DNA of 64,000 nt, taken from the human T2T-CHM13v2.0 reference genome, Homo sapiens. The position numbers were made by a program, and so were the translations under genes. Under the pieces are notes generated by a model. That model saw only the letters and a program-made list of their open reading frames with translations, had not been told where the DNA came from and did no database searches. The DNA is taken from assembly GCF_009914755.1 (NCBI RefSeq), contig NC_060934.1, one strand, 5' to 3'. Positions 52,061 to 64,000 of the stretch are shown here, piece by piece; the first letter of the stretch is position 1, and each line of letters opens with the position of its first letter.

Positions 52061-53299
52061 AAACATAATGAAGGTGATACTCAAAAACAATGTCTGGCTC
52101 CATCTAAGGTCTGATAAATGGCAACTCCTGGTCTTCATTCAAGAGTTCTGAGCTGGGACTACAGAGGCAGTAAGATATGCTCCCTGTCCTCAAAGATTCC
52201 TCAATGAGGCTGGGAGAGAAACAAGTAAAAAGATTATGACAAACGTAATTGTTTTCGAGTGTTACTAAATTAAATTTGAAGATGGTAAATGGTATAGGGA
52301 CTGAACAGTCCAACAGAATTGGAATCTTCAAAATAAAAGGAAGAAAAATATCTTTTCCTTCCCTCTCTTTCTCTGGGTCCCAAATAGAGATTTCTTGAAG
52401 CTTTGTGATTCAGCATTCATATCATGGTCTTTTTCTTTGTTTTCTTCAATTAGAGCATTCGCATCTTCCTCTCCCACATTATATATGTGGTGCATAATCT
52501 TATTTTCATTTGTTTTACCTTGGTGTGTGCTTTAGGATAGGGAAGATTTGAAAGTCTGGAGTGATGTCCCTGGACTGTTGACAGAGGCCACTCTAAGGGC
52601 AAGGACTGATCCCTAAGGATCCTCACTGAGTACTCGTTGGTGACAAACTAGTGTAAGTGATAAGATGGGGGCTGGGGCCTGAGACTCAAAAACAGGAGAG
52701 CATCTAGGCAGAAGGTGCTGAAGAAGACCACACACTGGGATGACTTTGTCCTTTGGGTGGCAGATGGGGGGTCTCTTAGGATACAGTCAGATTGTTTAAC
52801 CCAGTGAGCTCTTCTGTGTGTCAGACCCTCATGCTAGGAACTTTAGGGAACCTCAGAGAAAAGAGATCAGCTTGTTCAGGGAATCAGGCATGTGCATCAA
52901 TTCCCCAACACAGCAGAACTGGGGTGAGGCTGTGAAAAAATCACCCTACTGGGGAAATACAGAAGTCCTTTTGGCAGAGGCAATGTTAAGCAGATGTCTG
53001 CAAGAAAGGGAAGTCCTAGACAATCACAGATTCAGAAGGACATGGCAGGTGGAAAGAAAAACCCTGCCAAAACCCCAAAGCTAGGAGGGAAAAATAAATG
53101 CAAGAAAGAAGTCACTCATCCATTTGCAGGGATGACCCATGAGATATGAACGCAATAGTAAGAAGTAAATAAGGGTATAAATGTGGGGTCAGGGTCATCC
53201 TGCAGAGGGCTGCAGCAGGCTGGATGAAGTGGGCAGATTTCTTAAAGCTATGTGATTCAGCATTCATATCACAGTCTTTTTCTTTTATCATGCCTTTGT

Positions 53300-53545
53300 T
53301 TTTTCTGTGTCTGAGGAGCCAACCAGAAGGATGGGGACAGTGGTCTCTGAGATCAGGAGCACCAAGAGAGAACCAGTTTTGGGGAGGATGGTGAGTTTGG
53401 AAAGAAGTACGCTGAGTTCGAGGTGGTGATGGAGCTTCCAAGTGGCCAAGTCAAGAGGATCTTGAGTCAAGCTGGATCTCTGGATCTGGAGCTCAAGGGC
53501 AAGGTTTGGAATGGACGTGAGATGTGGAGTCACCGACTTACACTG
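53300..53545 (-). mobile_element. L2 fragment
   Basis: gctgagttcgaggtgg...ccaagtgg...tctggagctcaagg matches antisense L2. Confidence 0.55.
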
Positions 53546-55394
53546 ACAATCGGGAAGAAGTGGCAAGGGCCTGCTGACTATACCTCCTCCCTTTTTAGAA
53601 GTCACCTCCTCCTGGCCGCTGCTGACCCACAGATCACCTCTTAGAGACTCACTCTCTGAGAAAACCCAGGTGCAAAGGTTATGTGTGCATACCCACATCA
53701 TCTGTTAAGCATCTTAAACCATTTCCAACAAAGTATGTGTGTGCTTTGGTTCAATGTCTGGAAGAATTCATGTAACAATGGAAGCTGCCCAGCAACAAAC
53801 ACAGTGCTTCAAGTCCCCATCAACCTTGGTTCTTCAAGAGGCTGGAGAGTCATACTGATTTTTCTATAGGAGAATTCCCTGCACAAAGTTCCCAAGAGGC
53901 CAGACCCACAGGGATCACTGACTCTCCTGGCATCTGCTGGAGGATGTGTGGAGAGGAAACATTTTACCTCAGCTGCTAAAGAGGCTCCAAAAGCCACCCA
54001 GCTCATCCAGAGTCAAGGCTGACTGGGCTTGAACTTGGCAACATCTAATGAATGACCCAGAGAGGTCCTTTCCATCGCTGAAACTCAGGACTTAATTGTT
54101 GCCTTTGTCTTTTCTCTGAGGCAGACAGGGAAATGCTTGTCAATGCAATTTGCTCTACACTATGTACATTGACCTGCCTTCAAACAAACCTTTGAAGAAT
54201 CTATTCCTTGCTCAGGGCATTGAGGATTCAGTGATGAGCTGAATCTGGCCATGCCCTCAAGGGACTCACAGTTCAGTGGCCACCTTGACTAATGGTTCAT
54301 TTTGTTTTCCACAAGTTCTTTTGAATCCCCTACCCTCTCTAAGGTAATCTGCAACCTAATCAGTCAATAAAAATATTCTTTAAATACTTCTAGCAGATAT
54401 AAAAACACATCCGCTCTCCAGTGTCCCCACAGTAGTGCCCAGAGGCCTATAGGAACTGTTGGTAGGACTCACACTCACAAAGCTTCCTCTGCGTGCAATT
54501 ATTTCGTCTCCAAATAAACCAGGTCTGTAATACGTAGCACCAATACTCACCAGAAAGAAAAGAGGGTAGATGTAAAGAAAGCAAATAAAAACGTGTGCCC
54601 TCAAGTGTTTATTCTGAATCCAGGAAAATGCATAAAACAAATCAAATACAGAGGAGGAAACTGAAAGGCAGAGCCTGTAAGGAATGAGAGGGAGCTGGGG
54701 GCACAGCTGGAGGGCCATGCTGGAGGCCCCAAAGACACCTGCGGTGGTCGGGGAGGCACAGACCTGAGCTTGTTTGAGGAACTGAACTTCCTCCAGAGAA
54801 GTGGGGAGCAGTTTCAAGAGGTGGGAAGACAAGGACCCAGTGAAGCAGCTGAATTCTGGAGCATGTTGGAAAGTGAGCCAGTAAATGCCTGCCCCTGACT
54901 TTCTCTTTTTCTTTATTTTCCCCCTTATTTTATCTCTAGTGATTATATAAGACAAACAGGAAGGTGGCTGAGAAACCATTTGTCTGTGGCTCTATACTTG
55001 GATAGCTTAAAAACTGAGCAAAGCCTAAAATGATATCACATTATAATAAGAATAACAGGACTTTTGTGTTCAATTGGGGCCATGCTAAAACCGGAAACAG
55101 TAGTCCTGAGTATAGCTGGATCCTAAGGATAAGCCTACTTGTAATTTGGAAAACACCACGGTCCTTAACCAGAGGCTACCCTGGGGTGCCTGGGTGAAAG
55201 CTTTCCAACAGGCCCTACCTTCTGATAGAAGACTTCAAAAAAGTCCCTGAGCTGGCACCAAAGGCCAGCCCAAGAGTATTCCCCATCAGTGTGCATACCT
55301 GACCCCCACTGACTGACTTCACTGAATCAGATACTGACTGTGAGTTATAGATCTTTGCCAAGGCCATGTGCATGAAACTACTGTTTGATGGAAA

Positions 55395-55996
<602 letters not shown>

Positions 55997-57290
55997 TCAC
56001 ATTTGGAGGAGGACACACTCAGCTCAGAGATATTCACACCATCCATGTGCACTGCCGGGCTGGCACAGGGTACACTGCTGGCCATGGTGAGACACCACAA
56101 TCCTCTCAGTAGAAGCCGCTCCAGTGTGGCTCCAACAGGTATACCCCATATCTGACTCCTCCTGATGACACTAAACCCTGGGTTCCAGCTGCCCCAGTAA
56201 TGCCAATGTGCCTACCAGTATGGAATGCCCTAGGGGCACCGCACACTGGTTAGTCTGAAGTTAACGCCAGCCCTGAAGAGTGAGTCAAGAGGGACAGACA
56301 GGGGGCCCCTGAGGGTGGGTGGGGATTTGGAGAAAGAAAAGAAAACAGGTTAGGAATGTAAAAACGGAGTAATTCTTTTGAAGACTGGCAACAGAGAAAC
56401 ACTGGCTATCCAGTTTGGAGGATTCATCAAAAAAGTAAAACCAGCATCAGACATTTGACTTCAGGGCCACATGGAATGCATCGTTTCTTTGGAACAAAGA
56501 AAACTGGACTATGAAGAGCCACAGAGAAGTCAGCAAACCCCAGAGAATCCAAACTTCTCAAGGATCAAGGCAGTCTCTCACAGGCTCTGAAAACAGGAGG
56601 CGGCAGTCATGTCCCTTCTAATTACCAGCACAACCACCTGCACCCCACGGTAAATGGACGGTTACTGCACGTCCCCAGCTGCCCTCTGTGGACATGGAGC
56701 TAATAAGATGTGAATTCATGGAGGAAAATCTACGAAAAGTGGACTTTGCAAGTAGTTACAATCTGATACTACCTGCACAATTATTAAAATAAGCCACCCA
56801 AGACTATTTCAGCCATATTAGCAAAGAACTAATGAGGAAACAGACATCATAAAAGAATGAATTACCTACATAATAAACCTGCATCTTCCAGAATGAAGCC
56901 ATTAGAAATTGATCAGTAATTTAGGAGCAGCTGAAGGCCATAGCCATGATGAAAGCTTGCACCAGGAACACATTCTGAGTCAGCTTTTAGTGAATATAGC
57001 GCACTGAGGTCACACAGGCCACCCCGGTAGTGCTCCTCAAAGGATATGTGGGCAGAGGGGATTCTTTGGGAAAGCTAGAGTGTGTGATTTCAGGCCACTC
57101 TTATGCAATGCCTGCAGCGTGGAGGAGGCCAGGGCCAGACAGGGTACAAGTAATGAAAAGCAGGCCAGGCCACCACGATCCCTGGTGTTGCCATTCCTCC
57201 CTGGGGCCAAACTGGTGGGATGGTCAGTCATGGGAGAGACTTTCTATTTACTCCCTTTACATGGGTACACTTATCCCTACACGTACTGGT

Positions 57291-57890
57291 TGCACACACA
57301 AACATACTTACACACACGCATGCACACACAAACACACATGCACATACAACCCACACAGCATTCACACAAACTCATATACAGATATATGCACTTTCATACA
57401 TACACACCCAAACATATACATACACAAACTCACGTATACACACTCATGCACACACACTCATACATACATACACACTCACATGCACACATAAAATTTGCAC
57501 ATGCACACCCCTGTACATACACTCAACACATTCAATTCACACACAAAGACACATACACACTTGTACATGCACAATCACACACATATTCACACATACATTT
57601 ATACATGCACACACACACAGACACACATATACACACACATACACTTGCACATGCATGCACATACCTGTCACACACTCAAACACATCCACACACATATACA
57701 CACACCTGCACACACACATCCACGAACATGCATGTTCACACACTCACACCTACACACCACACAACTCATACACAAACACACATACACACTCACATCATAA
57801 ACACAGACATACACACACACACCTGGATTCACACTCTCGCACGCATGTGCACACCCTGCATACACACTCTTGCTCACACTCATGCACACC
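57291..57890 (+). repeat. ~600-bp degenerate (CA)n low-complexity tract (UG-rich on the GRID1 pre-mRNA)
   Basis: Read directly from the sequence. It generates spurious His/Thr- and Val/Cys-rich ORFs. Confidence 0.95.
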
Positions 57891-58287
57891 CTTACCATCT
57901 TGCATGAAATTCAGCCTTCCTCTCCTACTCATTCCTTTGCCCCACCCCCTCTGCATCCCAATTCATGACCTGCCCTAATTGCTCCAGCCCCTGGCTCCCA
58001 CTGGCTGCCTCACCTCACCTAGCACACCTCATCCCTGCCACCACTGCCCTCTGACTTTTGACTTCCTCATGGACCCAGGTCAGGATTCTTTCTCTCGTTC
58101 CCACCTGCCAGGTGAGCACCCTGCTAGGTCAAGTTCAACTCTTTGAGTTTTTGCCTGGGCTAGGTGGAGCCCCAGGATTCACAACAGCCCCCTAAGTCAG
58201 AATTGAACTGAAAAGAATCACACTGAGCTTTACAAGGGGCTAGGGGCTCAGTCCAGGCCGTGCTCATCACATTTCTAGAGCCCTTAC

Positions 58288-58341
58288 CTCATTCACAAAG
58301 ACCCAGTGGCTGTCCTTGGAAGCCAGGTTGGTCTCCACGGC
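58288..58341 (-). CDS. GRID1: GRID1 (GluD1) internal coding exon, 54 nt, phase 0-0 (probably exon 5)
   Basis: The minus strand reads ttctttttctctctgcAG|GCCGTGGAG...GTGAATGAG|GTaagg and encodes AVETNLASKDSHWVFVNE, which directly precedes EISDPEIL in GluD1. The peptide is visible inside ORF 58267..58659(-). Confidence 0.96.
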
Positions 58342-60059
58342 CTGCAGAGAGAAAAAGAACGAACATGAACAGAAGCAAGACAGAAGCTGGCAGACACAGG
58401 ATGATTGCCGAGACAGAGTTTTATAAACATTGTTCTTGGAGAATATTTTCCTCACAAAACATGCCATCCCCCTGGGGCCTGCTCTGGCTGCCTTAGCTGC
58501 AAGAAGCTTCATCTGAACACAGACATCTGATTTCCTGCTCTCCCTCCACGCACTCCTGCACCAGCCCAGAGCAAGATTAGACGCTTGGGTTCCTGCAGGC
58601 AGCACAGGGTCACAGGCACAGGCACAGGCACAGCCCCCCTTCCCTAGGAATGCCTGCAAACACCTTTCTGCAGGGGCGCTTAGGGGATGAGTGTTATCAT
58701 TACTCCAGGCTACAGAATCAGGAAACTGGAACGAGGGATTTATGGGGGCTTGTCTAGTCCAGCTGTACTGAGTGACATTCAGGAAGACAGCAGCTCACAG
58801 CAGCTCTGGGGCTCCGAGTTTCCTTCAGTTCTTTAGGATCCATAGAACAAAGCTCTTTGTAGCTCCTGGGCCGTAGCCCCATCCCGTAACTCTCTATTAG
58901 TGTTTTGTTCTGTTTCTTTATGGCACTTGCCATCTTTGTGCTTGAATGGCTATCAGTTTACTTATTTCTTATTGTCTGTCTCCTCTGCTAGAATATTTCT
59001 TATTGTCTATCTCCTCTGCCATTATGTCAAAGGCCATATCTCCTAGGTCACAGCTGTGTCCCAATAGCTGTAACCAGCACACAGCAGGTATTCAGCAAAC
59101 ATTGTTGATTATGCAAATGAAGTGGAAGGCCAAGGCAGACAGAACTCAGTTAATTATTTTGTTTCCTGTATGTGTTTATGAGTGCTTTCCCTCTCCTTCA
59201 ATTGAAAAGCCAACAGATTGGAAGAATTGGAAGAGACTGATGGTTTCCAAGCATGTCCTGTATGAATACATCCCGTGAGCAGGTGCCAAGTGCTTGCTGA
59301 GCCTGGGCACTGAGCCAGGCTGACTATGAACCTGGACAAGAGCTATCAGATTGGAGTCCTGTTTTTTTGTTTGTAATGTAATTTTATTATTCCTTTTATC
59401 AAAAAAAAAATGCAGAAACATAAAAATGCTCAACATCCCATAATCCCATCCCATTAAAAAAAATATGCTGACATAGTGAAAATTCCCCCTTTATCCCTCC
59501 AAATTTACCCTCTAAATGTTGTTTGAGGTGTCACCTTCTAGAAGATTTTACAGTTACCTCCGCAAGTAAATAGCTACAAATAGATATCAGACAAGTGTTT
59601 TCATTAAAATCAGACCATGAAATACATATCCAGTTAAGACTCTAGTTTTTGATTTATCAGTGTAACACAAATATCTTTCCTCATCAGTACACAGAGATCT
59701 GACTCACTCCCAACAAATGAGGCATGGAGGTGTCGGGGCCTGTGCCAACGACCCCACAAATGACCCTAGGTCTGCATGGTGCTGCAGCCTGCAAACTGTC
59801 ATGCACAGGGTGCATCTCTCTTGCACTGGAAAGAAAAGAGGCTGCAAGGGATGCTAAGCCATGTACCTGGGTATGCTACAAGGCTGTATCCTGAAGACAC
59901 TTTCCTCCCCTTTCTACAAACTCAGTTAACCGGGCTCTCTCCAGAGAAGCTGCAAGGGCTAAAGAGCCAGAGCTCAAAGGAATCTTCAGTCAGGATAGAG
60001 AAAGGAGGACACTTCAGCGTGGAGTCTCAGCCACCCCATCCAGAGCCTCTCTCCTGTCA

Positions 60060-60925
60060 ACATGCAGACTTTCAGGGAGGTCTTCAAAAGCCTGGAAGCA
60101 CTGATGAAGAGGTGGAGGGAGAAGTGGAGACAGGGTGGGCTGAGAATGCTCTGAGCGCATCGCTGGGCTCTAGCTCACCTCGATTCCCAACAATTCAACA
60201 TTTCCTTGACACTCATGTGGAAGACACTGGCAATACTCTTATCAAATGTGCACAGATGCAAATCTGGAGGATGTCATAACATCTCAGTGGCTGGAACACT
60301 GAACTGAATCTAAAGACTTGTGGTTTAGCAAGACCAAACTCAAAGTCCTACACTCAGTTTCCAGGAGCAAAAAGGCAAATGGGGAAATGAAGTTTGAAAG
60401 CAACACTCTTGAGGAAAAACCAAAGGGGACTGCCTCCACCTAGCTGTCACTTAACCACTCTGGTCTCTGTTCCTTCGTAAAAGGAACAGATAACACTTGC
60501 CCCTTCCCGTCTCCCAAGGTATGTAAAAGCACATCGCTGGGCTCTAGCTCAACTCATGGAAAGGAGGGTGTGGGAGGAGTTTGTTCCACCCCTTGAAGGG
60601 TTGACCTAACCAGGTCACCCCACTTGATGAAGGACAATGCACACTATAGCCCAGTCATGGAGAGGGACAGTTAAAGTGATCAGGGATGCTTACAGGTGGG
60701 ACAATATAGGTGTCTTTAAATTGTCATGTGCAAGAGAGATTGGAATTGCTCTATGCATCCTCTGAGTGTTGACCTACAGCCAATGGCTCCCATAATCAGG
60801 GAGGCAGATATCAATTCAATATAGGAGACAACTTTCTGACTTTCCAAGTCATTCAAGATGAAATGGGGTGCCTCAGGAGTAGCGACGTCCCATCCCAGGA
60901 AGTGCCTGAGCAGAAGGTGAGCAGT
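60060..60925 (+). mobile_element. L3/CR1 LINE remnant interrupted by a MIR-like piece (about 60430-60525)
   Basis: caattcaacattt...cttatcaaatgtgcacagatgcaaatctggagg resembles the CR1 RT (LIKFADD) region. ggaggcagatatcaattcaatataggagacaactttctgac resembles the L3 3' end. Confidence 0.55.
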
Positions 60926-61944
60926 GCTCTCTTTACAGTGCCGTGTTTTCTAAGAAGGTTGACCATTTGTGAGAGGTAAAGCTTTATCATGCACTGACAT
61001 TCTTCAGCAATGATTCTCCAGTCCGGCTGTGTTTAAGAACCTCCTAGGGAGCTTTAAAAAAGAGGGTCCCCAGGCCCCACTGCTAGGGATCCTAATTCAC
61101 TGGTAATTGTGCTGTGTCTGAGGTCCTGTGCTGTTTCAGAGCTCTGACCCTGCCTCTTGGCTTCAGGGGCTGAGAGCCCTGCTTCAGAATATGTAGTTCT
61201 GTGAATCTGAAGGTCTGGGTATACCTGTGCAGGTGAGAGGTTCTCTGCTTGTCCTGGAAGAAGCCAGCAGTGCAGACAACCTGACTCAGTTGCTGGGAGA
61301 CCCCAGGGAGCAGGTGGGAGCCTTGGCCACCCTAAGAAGTACTTCCACCTAGTATCAGACCCATGCAGGGAAGATATTGGTGGAGACAATTGATCAGAAA
61401 ACCCCACAGGACAACTGGTCAACTTTTCTGTCCTACTTTTCCTCACCAATTAAGCATCAGCTAATTTGTTAAGCCTCTTTTCCCCACATGGAGATAAATA
61501 GTGCTTTTCTGCAGCCTTTTCCAGAGGGTGCCACTCGCACAGAGGCTGAGATAGATGGAGAGAAGGAGAAGCTACAGCAGATTTAGCAGGAACACTGCCT
61601 GCCTCCCCCTGTCCCCCATCAACCCGCGCCACTCCAGCAATTACTGGAGGGCTGCCAGCTCTGTGGGAAGAGCCCTAAATGCTCACACCCCAGTGGGCAA
61701 TGTCCCTCCCAGCACCATTAATTCCCCTTCTAAGTGCTGCCCTTTTCCTTTTCCTCTCCAGCTACAACTGCAGCAGGTGGAGGCAAGTCCTCCCTTTCGT
61801 CTGCAGAGTGAGAACACTATAGAGAGTTCCAGCAGGCAGGCAGAGTACATTGGAATCCCAGTTCTGCCACTTCCTGGCTGAGTGCTCCTGGGTGAGCCTT
61901 TTCACTTCTCTGAGCTGCAGTTTCCACACCCATAAGGCTTTTGA

Positions 61945-62364
61945 ATACCAACAGTGCTACAGGGGGCTCTGCCCACAGTCCCTGTGAATCCTGTTAGCAT
62001 TTTTTATTACACTGACTCAGCATGTTTGCTCACTCCCAACACCAGCCAACACCCCCAATTCAGGCTGCCTGAACCCTGCTTGGCACTCACGGTGCCTTGG
62101 AATGCACACCCCTAACCAGGGGCCCAGAGTGCCACGAAAACAAATCCCAGCTGCCTTGCTCCCTACTGGGGACTTCTCCAGAGTGTGATCTCAGCTTTTC
62201 AGGATGGAGCCAAAATCACCTTGTTTGGCTTCCTTTATGTTCCTGTTCCAAGTCCCCACTTCCCTGCTGTCTTTCTTTTTTTAAGTCCCCATAATTTTTA
62301 ATAAATCATTGTCACACACAAAAATTCATCTCCAAGTCTACTTCTGCGAAGTCAACTTGAGACA
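61945..62364 (+). mobile_element. Old ERVL LTR (LTR16/LTR33-like) splitting a MIR (about 61820-62450)
   Basis: The 3' end aataaatcattgtcacac...tctccaagtctacttctgcgaagtcaacttgagaca is ERVL-LTR-like, and MIR halves lie on both sides. Confidence 0.5.
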
Positions 62365-64000
62365 AACACCTCCCACTTAGGGTTATTGTGAGAGTCAAAT
62401 GAAATTACAGGTGACACTTCCAGCCCAGGAAGGCTCTCACTAAAGATGATCAGTCAGCGCAAAGTTCCTCCCGTTCCTTCTACTGGAGTCTCCAGCCTGC
62501 TCTTGATTCGATGGTCTCTTGAAGTACACGTGCATAATCCCTCATTCCTTCCTTCCTTCATTCAACAGACAGAGCCCACCCAACCCCAACAGGCCATCCT
62601 AATTCTCCTGGGTAGGGGAGTGGACCAGGAGCCTCATCTCTGCCATCATGGATACACCAGGGCAAAAAGACCAACAATCAATACAGCTTTGCAAAGTGGT
62701 GGGCACCACCACCTCCATGTGCTCCCCTTCAAGGCAGCAGGACGTGGTGTTTCCCTCCCATCTTGGCCACAGTGTGGATTGAGCTGCATAATGCTGTGGG
62801 CATCAGCACAGAAGTGATGACCCGGTCAGACAAGCAAAGGGCAGCCCCTGTATCCTGTGGGCGGGGAGGGAAGGGGGGCCGGCCTTCTGCTCAGGGTGGG
62901 CTCCCAGCAGGTGGGGTGGCTGGTTCCCTGCTGTCTGCAGTTAGACTTCTCTCCTGAAGCTAGACACTGTGGCTGAGGGACACAAACCCCGTGGGAGCTG
63001 GGAACTAGGGCCCAATAAGCCCAAAGGAATTGCTGCGGTGGCCAGATGCCTGCACCCCTCTAAATTGCTGTGAATCCCACGAGACCTAGCCAAACCACTG
63101 GGCCCATCTGCCTGGCTCCTGTGGCCATGATACATTGGCAAACACAGAACTTCAGAAGAAGAATTAAGGATGTAAGAAGTTGCAAAGCATCCAGCTGACT
63201 TCTCTTCTAGCCCCTTTTGAATGGAGGAGACAGCAGATGCTGATGGTGGTACTGGCACATGAGACAGCTGCGAGGCTGGGTGCAGTCAGCCAGGGGTAAA
63301 AGGCACAGCTGAGTGTCCACACGTGTGTTGACTTATGTGTATATCCACATCTTGACACCCACATTCCACCCTCTGGAAAGAAAAGTGTGCTGTTATAGGC
63401 AAACTCCAGCTAAAGAAGGCCGAAGGCAGCTGTTCTTCCCACGTCTGGGGAGCCGACTGTGGAAGGGAATGTGTCTCCCTGCTCGAGAGCAACAGCCCCA
63501 ATCTGAACCTCAGGTGCCTTTTCCCAGTGACACCCAAGAGCTGAGTTGTAAGTGACACAGGACACCAACAGGCCATTCTGCAGGCCCACTGAGGGCCAGA
63601 GGACATTTGGGTCCTGCCCTGGCCACCCTGATCTCACGATTTTCATAGGGAAATAGATGTGGGCCACGTACTGGCTCCCAGCTTCCAAACAGACTCTGCA
63701 CAGAAAGGAGTCCCTGAGCACTGACAAGAATGTCAAGGGTGGAGGCAGCTCTCCTAGACTGGTGCTGGGGAGAGCTGACAGCTGCCCCTGGACCATATGG
63801 TGGTGAGGATTGGTTCTAATATCCAAGAGCCTGGAAGGAAGTAGAGAAGACAGTGAGGCTGAGCGCATTGGAGGAGGCATCTCCAGTCTGGGTCCCCTTC
63901 CTCTGTGTCCTTGGCTTTTCACTCAAGACTAAGTTGGAGCCATTTCCAAGGGCGACGAGAGCTTGCTTTTATTAACCACCCCCCAAGATACTTCAATACA

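Noticed and set aside
54380-54979. 199-aa minus-strand ORF
   Set aside because: No recognisable domain, not GluD1 sequence, and no supporting exon structure; consistent with a chance ORF.
56675-56693. CTCF-like motif (GTCCACAGAGGGCAGC on minus)
   Set aside because: Several mismatches in the 5' half of the core; too weak to call without ChIP data.
57030-57978. Long His/Thr-rich ORFs (153-275 aa) on + and Val/Cys-rich ORFs on -
   Set aside because: They are translations of the degenerate (CA)n tract, which rarely contains stops in any frame.
59776-60279. 167-aa plus-strand ORF
   Set aside because: Runs into decayed L3/CR1 sequence with no intact motifs.

Overview
Primate (almost certainly human) CpG-poor, repeat-rich genomic DNA from inside the minus-strand gene GRID1 (glutamate receptor delta-1, GluD1). 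Two coding exons are present. A 54-nt exon at 58288-58341 encodes AVETNLASKDSHWVFVNE and a 171-nt exon at 11115-11285 encodes EISDPEILD...EGYLQMLQ. Both have canonical AG/GT boundaries and phase 0, and a 47,002-nt intron separates them. From memory these are exons 5 and 6, in the amino-terminal domain. The rest is intron filled with transposable elements: a full-length, coding-dead L1PA3/4-type LINE-1 antisense to GRID1 (18724-24895), older L1M/L2/CR1/MIR fragments, five Alus, MaLR/ERVL LTRs, Tigger and hAT MITEs, and microsatellites. I found no new protein-coding system, RNA gene or CRISPR array. The best leads are regulatory hypotheses. (1) A strong cryptic 5' splice site directly abuts a ~600-nt UG-rich tract with 11 UGCAUG motifs downstream of the 54-nt exon, a TDP-43/RBFOX-type architecture. 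(2) The antisense L1 keeps an open ORF0, ORF0 splice donors and an antisense polyA hexamer 7.4 kb upstream of the 171-nt exon, a gene-breaking geometry. (3) The L1 ZNF93-binding region carries a 17-bp duplication. (4) An L1MA inverted-repeat hairpin is present. (5) There are several short templated duplications. Repeat subfamily names come from recognising consensus sequences by eye and need RepeatMasker/Dfam confirmation. Boundaries of old repeats are approximate.
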